64,000 bases of DNA, taken from contig JACOST010000028.1 in the NCBI GenBank assembly GCA_016178705.1, forward strand, positions 516,951 through 580,950, written 5' to 3'. The notes under the pieces are model-generated. The model searched no databases. It was not told where the DNA came from and saw nothing but the letters and a program-made list of their open reading frames with translations. The translations under genes and the position numbers were made by a program. Shown piece by piece: positions 9,939-18,992 of this stretch (position 1 is its first letter; each line of letters opens with the position of its first letter). This DNA is from Deltaproteobacteria bacterium. Its GTDB lineage: Bacteria; Desulfobacterota; Binatia; HRBIN30; JACQVA1.

Positions 9939-10673
9939 TCACGAGCCTTTGAATGTGGGCCGCCGCTTTTCAAGGAAGGCGCGGATGCCTTCGGTGCGGT
10001 CGGCGGTTGTCTGTAGCAAGACATAGAGGTCTTGCTCAAGCCGGATGCCGTGATCGAGGGGGAGATCGACGCCATCGCGCACAGCTTCCTTGGCGTAGCG
10101 CAGCGCGACCGGTCCTTTCGCGGCCAGGTCGCCCACTACACGGCGGACATCGGTCGCGAACGATTTGGCGGGAAACACGCGCGTTGCCAACCCCATCGCC
10201 TCGGCTTCAGCGGCGGTGAGCGCGCGGCCGCTGAGCAGAAGATCCAGCGCGCGCGTCCGACCGACGATGCGCGGCAGCCGCTGCGTGCCGCCGTGCGACG
10301 GCAACTCGCCGCGTTGGAGTTGCGGCATTTGGAAGCGCGCGCGCGTCGAGACCAGCCGCAAATCACACGCGAGCGCCAGTTCGAACCCTTCCGCAATCGC
10401 ATCGCCGTCAATCGCGGCGATCACCGGGACGGTGAGATGGCCGATCGCCGCGATCCAATCAACGCGGCGTTCCCAGTCGCCGGCGTTCGCCACACCCTGG
10501 CAAAAGTGTTGCCCGCTTCCGGCGATCAGGACGACGCGGATGGTTTCATCCAACTCGATCGATTCGACCGCGGTGCAGAGTGCCTGCGCTGTTGCTTGGT
10601 TGATCGTTGTGTGAGTCAGCGTGAAGGTGGCGATGCCGTTGCGCAGAGTGGTACGGAGTGTCTGGGCTCGCAT
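9939..10673 (-). CDS. enoyl-CoA hydratase/isomerase family protein
   Basis: Crotonase fold (…LIAGSGQHFCQGVAN…). Start set to internal ATG (MRAQTLRTTLRNGIATFTL) because the upstream ORF extension overlaps the ligase gene. 15-nt gap to ligase stop. Confidence 0.75.
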   Translation of the reverse strand: MRAQTLRTTLRNGIATFTLTHTTINQATAQALCTAVESIELDETIRVVLIAGSGQHFCQGVANAGDWERRVDWIAAIGHLTVPVIAAIDGDAIAEGFELALACDLRLVSTRARFQMPQLQRGELPSHGGTQRLPRIVGRTRALDLLLSGRALTAAEAEAMGLATRVFPAKSFATDVRRVVGDLAAKGPVALRYAKEAVRDGVDLPLDHGIRLEQDLYVLLQTTADRTEGIRAFLEKRRPTFKGS

Positions 10674-10687
10674 GGGTTTGGCTGTTC

Positions 10688-12244
10688 TCATGCGGCGCCG
10701 AATTGCTTGCGCAGATCCTTCTTCAGAATCTTTCCCATCGGGTTCTTGGGCAGCTCGGGCAGGAAGTGGATGATCTCCGGTTTCTTGAAGCTGGCCAAAC
10801 GCTGGCGACAGAACTCGATGATGTCGTCGGCGCCGAGCATGACCTCGGGGCGCGTCACCACCACCGCGCAGATCCGTTGTCCCCACTCGACGTCGGGTAC
10901 GCCGATCACGGCTGCCTCTTCGACGCTCGGGTGCGAATAGAGCACTGCTTCAACCTCCGCCGGCGCGATGTTCTCGCCGCCGCGGATGATCATGTCGTCC
11001 TTGCGACCGGCGAGAAAGATGTAGCCGTCGGAGTCGAGCCAGCCCATGTCGCGTGTCGGCAACCAACCGTCGGCGTTGAGCGGCGAACTGGCACCCTCCT
11101 TGGCGGCGTAGCCCTTCATCACGCGTGGTGTACGCACCCAGATCTCGCCCACTTCGCCAGCCGGGAGGTCATGGCTGTCGTCGTCCACCACCTTTACCTC
11201 AACGTCCGGTAGCGGACGACCAATGGAGACGAGGCGCTTCAAGCGCAACTCGACTTCCGCGGCTGAGCCGTCGAGCCGATGATCGTCGGGACCGAGCACG
11301 GTCAACGTCGAAGTGGTTTCGGTCTGCCCGAACGCGTTGACGAAGCCGACCGTCTTCGGGAACATCTCGAGCGCGCGGCGGATCACCGGGAACGGCATGG
11401 CGGCACCACCGTAGGAGAGATTCTGCAGGCTCGACAAATCGCACGTGGCGAAGTCGGGATGGTCGATGAGCTGCTTCAGCATCGTCGGCACGACGAAGGC
11501 GTGGGTGACCTGCTCGCGCGCAACCGTGTGCAGCCACTCGGTGGCGTCGAACTGGCGCAGCAGCACGAGTTTGCGACCGGTAAACAGATTACTCATCACG
11601 TTGGTGGCACCGGCGATGTGGTAGAGCGGTACGCACAACAACGACGTGCCGCGCGGCGTGCCATCGGCCAGCTCGACGTTGGCGGTAACGTAGGCAGTGA
11701 AGTCGTTGAAGCGCAGCATCACGCCTTTCGGCAGCGCGGTGGTGCCACTGGTGTACATCAAGATCGTGGTGTCGTCGTCGTTGGTCTCGCGCTCCTGGAA
11801 TTCAGCGGCGGCCGCGGCGATGAGTGGCTCGATATGCCGAAAGCCTTCGTGCTCGCCCTCCATCGCGATGCAGGTGGTGACGCTCGGCAGCTTGGGAAGC
11901 AGCTGCCGCACGGTCTCGACGTAGCGATCACCGACGAGCAGCACCTTGGTCTCGGCGGCGCCGAGCATGTACTCCAGCTCCGGCAGCTTGGCGCGGTAGT
12001 TCACCGGAATGAATACCGCATTGAGCGCGGCGGCGGCGAAGTAGGCTTCCACATATTGCGCCGAGTTGGTCTGCAGCACGGCGATGCGATCGCCGCGGCG
12101 GACGCCGATGCCTTCGAGCGCGTTGGCCAGCCGCTGAATGCGCTCCCACAGTTCGCCGTAGGTGCGGCGTTGCGTGTCGTAGACGAGGATCTCCTGGTCA
12201 GGAAACATCATCGCCGGAATGCTGACGAAGTTGGACGTGTTCAC
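10688..12244 (-). CDS. long-chain fatty-acid--CoA ligase (AMP-dependent synthetase/ligase)
   Basis: AMP-binding motif MYTSGTTALPKGV, and GYAAKEG...DMIIRGGENI...KKPE...GKILKKDL C-terminal motifs. 518 aa. Confidence 0.85.
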   Translation of the reverse strand: MNTSNFVSIPAMMFPDQEILVYDTQRRTYGELWERIQRLANALEGIGVRRGDRIAVLQTNSAQYVEAYFAAAALNAVFIPVNYRAKLPELEYMLGAAETKVLLVGDRYVETVRQLLPKLPSVTTCIAMEGEHEGFRHIEPLIAAAAAEFQERETNDDDTTILMYTSGTTALPKGVMLRFNDFTAYVTANVELADGTPRGTSLLCVPLYHIAGATNVMSNLFTGRKLVLLRQFDATEWLHTVAREQVTHAFVVPTMLKQLIDHPDFATCDLSSLQNLSYGGAAMPFPVIRRALEMFPKTVGFVNAFGQTETTSTLTVLGPDDHRLDGSAAEVELRLKRLVSIGRPLPDVEVKVVDDDSHDLPAGEVGEIWVRTPRVMKGYAAKEGASSPLNADGWLPTRDMGWLDSDGYIFLAGRKDDMIIRGGENIAPAEVEAVLYSHPSVEEAAVIGVPDVEWGQRICAVVVTRPEVMLGADDIIEFCRQRLASFKKPEIIHFLPELPKNPMGKILKKDLRKQFGAA

Positions 12245-12297
12245 GATGCCTCCCTCAAAAGTGACAGTATGCAGTCGGCAGTGGGCAGTGTTGAGAC

Positions 12298-13023
12298 TCA
12301 GAGTGGCGCGTCGGACCAGCGACTGTCAACCGCGGCGAGCCGCGCCTCCAGCGCCAAGCCATCGCGCAGCGATTGGTCGAGTCCTTCGTGCACGGCGCGC
12401 TTGGTGCGAGCCGCGAGTGACGGTTCGATCGCACTCAGACGATGTGCGAGTGCCGATGCTTCCGACTGCAACTCAGCCGTTGGAACCACCCGGGTGACCA
12501 GACCGAAGTGTTGCGCCTCGGTTGCGTTGAGCATGCGACCGGTCAGCACTAGATCGAGCGCGCGACCGAGTCCGAACAAGCGCGACGTGGTTTGCGTGCC
12601 GGCAACACCGGGAATCATTCCGAGTCGTGTTTCCGGCAAACCGAAGCGCGCGTTGTCGGCAGCGACGCAGAGGTCGCACAGCATCGCCATCTCGAAGCCA
12701 CCGCCGACGGCGTAGCCGTGCACGGCCGCGATCGTGATCTGCGGCAGACTCTTCAGTGTACCCCACACGTCGCGCTGAAAGCGCACCGCGCGTGCGACAG
12801 TGGGCGACGGGGCGGTGCCGAACTCGCGTACGTCACCACCCGTGCTGAACGCCGGCCCATTGCCGCGCAGGATCATCACCCGGATATCCGGATCGTCGCG
12901 CACCGCCGTCAGCGCGGCAAACAACGCGTCGCGCATCGCGACGTTGTACGCATTGAGGACGGCGGGTCGGTTGAGCGAGACGATCGCCACCGGCCCGTCG
13001 GTCTCGTAGAGAACCGCGGGCAT
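12298..13023 (-). CDS. enoyl-CoA hydratase/isomerase family protein
   Basis: Crotonase signatures (VAIVSLNRPAVLNA...GGDVREF...AVHGYAVGGGFEMAMLCD). Start ATG at 13023 (MPAVLYETDG). Confidence 0.8.
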   Translation of the reverse strand: MPAVLYETDGPVAIVSLNRPAVLNAYNVAMRDALFAALTAVRDDPDIRVMILRGNGPAFSTGGDVREFGTAPSPTVARAVRFQRDVWGTLKSLPQITIAAVHGYAVGGGFEMAMLCDLCVAADNARFGLPETRLGMIPGVAGTQTTSRLFGLGRALDLVLTGRMLNATEAQHFGLVTRVVPTAELQSEASALAHRLSAIEPSLAARTKRAVHEGLDQSLRDGLALEARLAAVDSRWSDAPL

Positions 13024-13062
13024 GACGCTTCCGTTCCCCCTCACGGCGGATCAGGAGGCAGA

Positions 13063-13206
13063 CTAGTCGCTCGACGGCAGCGGCTTGGCTTCCTTGATTT
13101 TCATCTCCTGTCCGCAGCACTCGACCGCGCCGGTGCCCGGCTTGTTGCACAAGGCCTCGGTGCCACAGGTCGCGCACAGGTATCGTTTGCCAAGTTGGTT
13201 TGCCAT
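13063..13206 (-). CDS. desulforedoxin-like Fe(Cys)4 / zinc-ribbon small protein (47 aa), paralog of 9801-9920
   Basis: Not in ORF track. Encodes MANQLGKRYLCATCGTEALCNKPGTGAVECCGQEMKIKEAKPLPSSD. Same MANQLGK...Y-x-C-x-x-CG...G-x-G-...-CCGQEM architecture. Sits between the YgfZ-like gene and a crotonase. Confidence 0.6.
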   Translation of the reverse strand: MANQLGKRYLCATCGTEALCNKPGTGAVECCGQEMKIKEAKPLPSSD

Positions 13207-13232
13207 GAGTCACCTCTCTTCAACTGTACTGG

Positions 13233-14303
13233 TCATGATCGATAGAACGGTCGCGCTGTAATGGTCAAATCGATTGGTTGATCGTTGACGCCGGCCTGCA
13301 ACACGGTGCCGATATCGCCCGCGCTGCGATGCACGTAGCCGAGGGCGATGATGGAGGAAAGCGCGGGTGACGCCGCCGCACTGGTGACATGGCCGACGTC
13401 CTTGCCGTCGCGGGTCAGCGTCGTCCCTGCCGGCGGAACGATCGATGCCTCCCCGACAAGTCCGGAGAGTTTGCGATTCACATGGCCGCGCGCGGCGACG
13501 CGCTCGACGACTTCTTGGCCAAGATAGCAACCCTTGCTGAAACTGATCGCGTCGTCGAGGCCGACTTCCATCACCAGGGTCTCTTCGTCCATATCGAGTC
13601 CGTACCAAGGAATGCCGGCTTCGAGTCGCAGTACGTTGAGGGCGTCGAGCCCCACCGGTGTCGCACCCGCCGCAGTCAATCGTTGCCACACGGTCGCCGC
13701 GTTGGCGCGAGCGCTCAGCAGACGGAATCCCGTCTCGCCGGTCTGACCGATCGCCACCACACGAACGGTAACGCTGTCGATCGTGATCTCGCGATGCTGA
13801 TACGGTTGCAGATCGGCGAGCGTTGCGCCGGTGACATCGGACAGTAACGGAGCGGCGCGCGGCCCTTCGATCGACAGCAACGCGTCCATGTCGTCGCCGA
13901 TCGCCAGCTCCACGTCGTCAGCGATGATGAAGCGTTCGAGCGCTTTCCGCACCGCGTCGACGCGTATCGCCGGAACGTCGAGCAGGACACGGTCGGCGAG
14001 TACGAAGACGTACAAATCCGCGACCACTCGGCCTTGGATGGTGAGCAGCGCCGCGTGCGTGCCGCTCCCGGGCGCAAGCTGTTTCACGTCATTGGTGAGC
14101 TGGCCTTGTAGGAACGTGATGCGGTCTTCGCCGGTGACGGCGATGAGACCACGATGCCGCGCATCGAGAATACCGACGGCGCGGCGGACAGCCTGCCATT
14201 CGCGCTGTGGCGATCCGAACGCGCGCGGCACGCGCACGCCGAACGTGTCGTCACACGTAGCACCGGCTGCCGCCTGCGCTCGGTCGAGATCTGCCCAGCT
14301 CAT
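13233..14303 (-). CDS. YgfZ/GcvT-family folate-binding protein (aminomethyltransferase-like)
   Basis: 356 aa with GcvT-like folate-binding domain features (GLIAVTGEDRITFLQGQLTNDV...LNVLRLEAGIPWYG...KGCYLGQE). First gene of the minus-strand operon. Confidence 0.7.
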   Translation of the reverse strand: MSWADLDRAQAAAGATCDDTFGVRVPRAFGSPQREWQAVRRAVGILDARHRGLIAVTGEDRITFLQGQLTNDVKQLAPGSGTHAALLTIQGRVVADLYVFVLADRVLLDVPAIRVDAVRKALERFIIADDVELAIGDDMDALLSIEGPRAAPLLSDVTGATLADLQPYQHREITIDSVTVRVVAIGQTGETGFRLLSARANAATVWQRLTAAGATPVGLDALNVLRLEAGIPWYGLDMDEETLVMEVGLDDAISFSKGCYLGQEVVERVAARGHVNRKLSGLVGEASIVPPAGTTLTRDGKDVGHVTSAAASPALSSIIALGYVHRSAGDIGTVLQAGVNDQPIDLTITARPFYRS

Positions 14304-14449
14304 TGATCGAGGGTGGTAACAAGAAACCCAAGCGAGCGAAAGCGTGGCGTCGGGCCCCTATGACAACGGAGTTCACCTCGGCGATAGAACAGTAGCTTCC
14401 GACGCTCGTCGGTTTCCGCCGCTCGGATTGCCCGCTATGATCCGCGCCC

Positions 14450-15679
14450 ATGAAGATAGTGTCGGCCCGCGAGGCGATTCGTGCAATCCCCGACGGCGCG
14501 CGTGTCGTGTTCCCTCACGACGCCGTTGAACCGACCGAGATCTATCAAGCCTTCGCTGCGGAGTACCAGCGCTTCACCGCGCTGCGGCTCTACTCCGGCC
14601 TGCAGTTCGGCAGCTATCCGTTTCTTCAGGCCGGTCTCGGGACGCACTTCAGCTACACGACCTGGCAAGCGTCGCCGAAGCTGCGACCGTTGGTGCGAGA
14701 CGGCCGCATCGAGATTCTCCCGCTGCGCTACCGCGACGTGCCGCGCATGGTTGCGCGCACCGGGACAATTGTTCCCGATGTCGTGGTGGCGCAGGTCAGC
14801 AAACCACGTCATCACGAAGTGAGCCTCGGGATCGCGTTGAGCTTCTACCGCGAGCTGATCGACAACGCATCGCTAGTGATCGCTGAAATCAACGAGCACA
14901 TGCCGTGGACGCGCGGGCCGACGCGCGTGCCGATCAGTGCGATTGATCTGGCTGTGGAGTCGTCGCATCCGCTCGGCGAGTATCGATTTGCGCAGAAGAG
15001 TGCGCGTGATGAGCAGATCGTCGAGAACGTGCTCGGGGTGATTCCCGCCGGCGCGTGGGTGCAGTTCGGCGTCGGGGCCATTCCCGACGCGGTCCTGAGC
15101 CGGCTGCACGAGATTCGCGGTGCCAACGTGTTCTCGGGTATCGTCACGGACGGACTGCTCGACTGCATCCGGCGCAGCCGGCATCGCGTGCGCGTCATCA
15201 CCGGCGAAGCCGGCGGCACCCGGCCGCTATACGATTTCGTTGGCGAGTCGGCGCAAGTCGAGTTTCAACCGGTGAGCGTCACTCATAGCGTTGCCGAGCT
15301 GGCGAAACGCGCGCCTTTCGTGTCGGTGAACTCGGCGATCGAGGTCGATCTCTCCGGCCAGATCAACGGCGAGACGATCGATGGCGTGCAGGTCAGCGGC
15401 GTCGGTGGCAGCCTGGACTTCCTCGAAGGGGCCGAGCACTCGCGCGGCGGCGCGTCGATCATCGCGCTGTCGTCGACAACCGAGGACGGCACTCGCTCGA
15501 AGATCGTTGCGCACCTCGGCGAGCAGACGCCGGTGACGATCCCGCGCTTTTGCGCCGACTACATCGTCACCGAGTACGGCGCCGCGCGCTTGCGCGGCAA
15601 GACGCTGCGCGAACGCGCCGCGGCGCTGATGACGATCGCGCATCCGGATTGGCGCGACCGCTTGACGGCGGAAGTGTGA
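14450..15679 (+). CDS. acetyl-CoA hydrolase/transferase family protein (4-hydroxybutyrate CoA-transferase-like)
   Basis: 409 aa. Family-wide similarity, including the conserved GGSLDF region near the C-terminus. Confidence 0.75.
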   Translation: MKIVSAREAIRAIPDGARVVFPHDAVEPTEIYQAFAAEYQRFTALRLYSGLQFGSYPFLQAGLGTHFSYTTWQASPKLRPLVRDGRIEILPLRYRDVPRMVARTGTIVPDVVVAQVSKPRHHEVSLGIALSFYRELIDNASLVIAEINEHMPWTRGPTRVPISAIDLAVESSHPLGEYRFAQKSARDEQIVENVLGVIPAGAWVQFGVGAIPDAVLSRLHEIRGANVFSGIVTDGLLDCIRRSRHRVRVITGEAGGTRPLYDFVGESAQVEFQPVSVTHSVAELAKRAPFVSVNSAIEVDLSGQINGETIDGVQVSGVGGSLDFLEGAEHSRGGASIIALSSTTEDGTRSKIVAHLGEQTPVTIPRFCADYIVTEYGAARLRGKTLRERAAALMTIAHPDWRDRLTAEV

Positions 15680-15688
15680 AGCCTCCCA

Positions 15689-16816
15689 TCACGGGAGGTC
15701 GTTGCGGTCGACTACCTCGATATCGACCGCCATGGTGTTGTTGGCAGTATCGGCGCCGTCATCGACGGCGTTGAAGGCGGCGGTGTCGACGGCATCCGCT
15801 TCCACATCGACGCTGCAGCGAAATGGCGTCGTGGCGGTGACCGACAAGACGGCTTCGACGGGAAACTTGACCGTGAAGCTGCCGTAGACCCTTCCGCCCC
15901 TGGGGACCGTCGCGGTGGCTTGCAGCCCGGGGACGAGTGAGCCGGCATTGGAATCGACCTGCGTCACCGTGCCGGCGGGACACGAGCCGTCGGTAACGGC
16001 CAACGAGTAGTCGCGAGTTGCCGGGGCGCTTGCACCGAATTCAATGTTCGACACCGCCACGCGCACGGTGCGCGATACGGACGGTTTGCCCTTGGTCATG
16101 AAGAGGCGGACTGGATAGAGTACGCCGACAGAGAAATCGGGTCCCTGCGCGCGGGTCTCCGCGATGCCGTTGGGTCCGGAGTTGACGACGATGGTGTTCT
16201 TGTTGCCGCAGGCAGCGTTCACGGCGAGGACTTGGACGTCGTCGCCCGCGGCGACGTTGTTGGCAGTGGTTTCGACAACCTTGTTCGGCCCGCACCGAAT
16301 CACAGCGGTCGTCGCCTTGGCGGTGCCGGCGGCTTGGATTTGCACATCATCGCCGGCGGCGGTGGTGCTGGCGATGCCGTTGCCGCCGACCGTGACGCAC
16401 GTCGCGTTGGCTTGCCCGGCGCCCGGGGCGAGTACGGTCGAGTCATCGACGGCCGCGGTTGTGTTGGCGACGCCATCGGCGCCGGTGTCGATCACCGGCG
16501 TATTCGCGTTCGCGCAGCCGGCCGAGACTGCCACGAGTTGCACATCGTCGCCCGCGGCGGTGGTATCTGCGGTCATGTTAGTGCCACATCTGATCTCGGC
16601 CTGATTGGCCAATCCCTTGCCGGCCGTGATGACTTGCACGTCATCGGTTCCCAGCGGCACCGTGGTTTCGCACACGCCATTGGCGCCACTGTCGATGACC
16701 ACCGCGCTCTGCAGGCCTTTGCCGGGTGGGATCACCTGGATATCAGCGACGACGCGTGAACCGGACGCCAGTGCCAAGAGTGTGGCGATGATCGAGGGTC
16801 GAACGACCGATTTCAT
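15689..16816 (-). CDS. secreted tandem-repeat protein (GDDVQ-type ~36-aa repeats)
   Basis: Signal peptide MKSVVRPSIIATLLALASG. At least 5 imperfect repeats of the form G-x-(N/D)G-(V/I)-x-(E/N)TT-x-A-x-GDDVQ-x-x-A-x-G. Underlying ~108-bp DNA periodicity in 16160-16700. Confidence 0.6.
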   Translation of the reverse strand: MKSVVRPSIIATLLALASGSRVVADIQVIPPGKGLQSAVVIDSGANGVCETTVPLGTDDVQVITAGKGLANQAEIRCGTNMTADTTAAGDDVQLVAVSAGCANANTPVIDTGADGVANTTAAVDDSTVLAPGAGQANATCVTVGGNGIASTTAAGDDVQIQAAGTAKATTAVIRCGPNKVVETTANNVAAGDDVQVLAVNAACGNKNTIVVNSGPNGIAETRAQGPDFSVGVLYPVRLFMTKGKPSVSRTVRVAVSNIEFGASAPATRDYSLAVTDGSCPAGTVTQVDSNAGSLVPGLQATATVPRGGRVYGSFTVKFPVEAVLSVTATTPFRCSVDVEADAVDTAAFNAVDDGADTANNTMAVDIEVVDRNDLP

Positions 16817-16976
16817 TCATCCTCCTTCAATCGGGCAGCGACCATAGACATCGCTAGTGTTATGGTCGCCGAGATCGCACGAGTCGTCAATCGAGAATGT
16901 GCGAGCACCGCATCTGCGAGCATGCGTTGACCGAGTATGTACGTGTGCTCTAAATGCCTCGCACAGGGAGGGCGCG

Positions 16977-17414
16977 ATGCAAATCCAGAAAACCGGGATC
17001 GTTATGGTCGGTGTGATCGGATTGCTGGCGATCGCCGGCCGAAGTCAGTCGGCGCAGCCGCAGTGGGCGCCTAACGACTGGGCGAAGGAGGAAACGCTGA
17101 AGCTCTGCACCAACGACCCCGGCGAAGGGGAATACTGCTTTAAGGTTTGGCTAGTTGTGGTCGATGGCGATGTGTACGTGCGGCTGGGCTCGAAGGCTGC
17201 CGACCGCATGAGCAAGAACGCCACCGGAATGAGCTTGCCGGTCGAGATCGCCGGACATCGATTTGAGCACGTGCGCGCGACAGAGGCGCCAGACAAGGTC
17301 GAGGGAGTCAACAAAGCCATCGGCGAGAAGTATTGGAGCGACGTATTCGTGCATCTCATGAATCACCCGCTGACGCTGCGGCTGCGGCCCGAGGACGCGG
17401 CGGCCTCACGCTGA
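16977..17414 (+). CDS. hypothetical secreted protein
   Basis: Internal ATG with RBS GGGAGGG. Signal peptide MQIQKTGIVMVGVIGLLAIAG. No recognised catalytic motif. Confidence 0.45.
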   Translation: MQIQKTGIVMVGVIGLLAIAGRSQSAQPQWAPNDWAKEETLKLCTNDPGEGEYCFKVWLVVVDGDVYVRLGSKAADRMSKNATGMSLPVEIAGHRFEHVRATEAPDKVEGVNKAIGEKYWSDVFVHLMNHPLTLRLRPEDAAASR

Positions 17415-17495
17415 CATTCCCGGCTGATTGCGCTAGTGAAGGAAGACTCTCGCCGCCAGGGCGGGAGGAAAACACGGAATCGAGGTGTGAGCGCA

Positions 17496-18884
17496 ATGGC
17501 AGAACTGAAACTTCCTTCCGGTGGCGACCGTATCCGCGTGCGTGACGGCAAGCTGCAGGTTCCCGACAATCCGATCCTCCCATTCATCGAGGGCGACGGT
17601 ACCGGCCCCGACATTTGGCGCGCGAGCCAAGCGGTCTTCGACGCCGCGGTGCAGAAGGCCTCCGGCGGCAAGCGCCGCATCGTGTGGATGGAGGTGCTCG
17701 CCGGCGAGAAGGCGTTCAATCGCACCGGTAACTGGCTGCCCGACGAGACCGTCGCCGCATTTCAAGAACTCATCGTCGGCATCAAGGGTCCGCTGACGAC
17801 ACCGATCGGCGGCGGTATCCGCTCACTCAACGTCGCCTTGCGGCAACTGCTCGATCTGTATGTCTGCTTGCGGCCGGTGCGCTACTTCACCGGCGTGCCG
17901 AGTCCGGTGAAGCGTCCCGAAGCCGTCGACATGGTGATCTTCCGCGAGAACACGGAAGACATCTACGCCGGCATCGAGTGGCAGTCGGAGTCGTCTGATG
18001 CGCGCAAGATCGTCGCATTCCTGCAGAAGGAAATGGGGGTCAAGAAGATCCGCTTCCCCGAGACCAGCGCGATCGGGATCAAGCCGGTGTCGCGCGAGGG
18101 CTCGGAGCGCCTGGTGCGCGCCGCGATCGACTACGCCCTGCGCCATCAGCGCCGCAGCATTACGTTGGTGCACAAGGGCAACATCATGAAGTTCACCGAG
18201 GGTGCGTTCCGCGATTGGGGCTACGCGCTGGCGACGCGCGAGTTCCGCGCGCAAGTGATCACGGAACGCGAGAGCTGGATTCTTGGTAACCGCGAGGCCA
18301 AGGCCGATATTTCGGCCGAAGACAACGCGCGCGCCATCGACCCGGGCTACGACCTGATGACGCCCGATCAGCAGAAGACCGTGCTCGCCGACGTCGAAGC
18401 GGCGCTCACGCTGTGGGGCACGCACGGCAACGGCCAGTGGAAGAAGAAGCTGATGATCCGCGATGCGATCGCCGACATCACGTTGCAGCAGGTGCTGACG
18501 CGGCCGCGCGAGTTCGACGTGATTGCGACGTTGAATCTCAACGGCGACTATCTCTCCGACGCGCTGGCCGCGCAGGTCGGTGGCATCGGCATCGCGCCCG
18601 GCGGCAACATCAACTACGTCAGCGGGCATGCGATCTTCGAAGCCACGCACGGCACCGCACCGAAGTACGCCAATCTCGATCAGGTCAACCCGGGCTCGGT
18701 GATTCTCTCCGGCGAGATGATGTTCCGCCACCTCGGCTGGGACGAGGTCGCGGATCTCATCATCAAGGGCGTGGAAGGCGCGATCACGGCCAAGACCGTC
18801 ACCTACGACTTCCATCGCTTGATGGAGGGGGCCACCAAAGTGAAGTGCTCGGAGTTCGGCCAGGCGATCATCAAACACATGTGA
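17496..18884 (+). CDS. icd: NADP-dependent isocitrate dehydrogenase
   Basis: Start [10 protein letters not shown] after GAGGTG RBS. Full-length similarity to dimeric IDH (…[13 protein letters not shown]…[17 protein letters not shown]…). Confidence 0.9.
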   Translation: MAELKLPSGGDRIRVRDGKLQVPDNPILPFIEGDGTGPDIWRASQAVFDAAVQKASGGKRRIVWMEVLAGEKAFNRTGNWLPDETVAAFQELIVGIKGPLTTPIGGGIRSLNVALRQLLDLYVCLRPVRYFTGVPSPVKRPEAVDMVIFRENTEDIYAGIEWQSESSDARKIVAFLQKEMGVKKIRFPETSAIGIKPVSREGSERLVRAAIDYALRHQRRSITLVHKGNIMKFTEGAFRDWGYALATREFRAQVITERESWILGNREAKADISAEDNARAIDPGYDLMTPDQQKTVLADVEAALTLWGTHGNGQWKKKLMIRDAIADITLQQVLTRPREFDVIATLNLNGDYLSDALAAQVGGIGIAPGGNINYVSGHAIFEATHGTAPKYANLDQVNPGSVILSGEMMFRHLGWDEVADLIIKGVEGAITAKTVTYDFHRLMEGATKVKCSEFGQAIIKHM

Positions 18885-18992
18885 GATGACAGTAGGCAGT
18901 AGGCAGAGGGCAGTAGGCAGTGCGGAATGTGGAATGATTGACCCATCTGCCACCAGCGATCTGCCATCAGCCATCGGCCATCAACCAATCCG
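18885..18992. repeat. intergenic paired heptamer arrays: (CAGTAGG)x4-5 followed by (CCATCNG)x6
   Basis: Sequence tgacagtaggcagtaggcagagggcagtaggcagtg ... ccatctgccaccagcgatctgccatcagccatcggccatcaacc. The second block is roughly the reverse complement of the first, so the two arrays can pair into a long imperfect hairpin. Confidence 0.5.

Noticed and set aside
9939-10886. Full 315-aa extent of the crotonase ORF including a 71-aa Arg-rich N-terminal extension
   Set aside because: The extension overlaps the ligase 3' end and is low-complexity. The crotonase fold begins at the internal ATG (10673), which also gives a sensible 15-nt intergenic gap.
11279-12715. 478-aa plus-strand ORF antisense to the fatty-acid--CoA ligase and crotonase
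   Set aside because: No motifs. The opposite strand carries canonical AMP-binding and crotonase signatures. GC-driven open frame.
12833-13213. 126-aa minus-strand ORF overlapping the second Dx-like gene
   Set aside because: Different frame from the MANQLGK peptide, no motifs, and it runs into the crotonase gene. The 47-aa Dx-like ORF with its conserved Cys signature is the better model.
16164-16759. Plus-strand ORFs (146 and 175 aa) mirroring the repeat-protein gene
   Set aside because: Artefacts of the 108-bp tandem repeat, which keeps frames open on both strands. The minus-strand product has a signal peptide and a coherent repeat architecture.
17823-18974. 383-aa minus-strand ORF antisense to icd
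   Set aside because: icd is unambiguous. The antisense translation is low-complexity (R/A/G/D rich).
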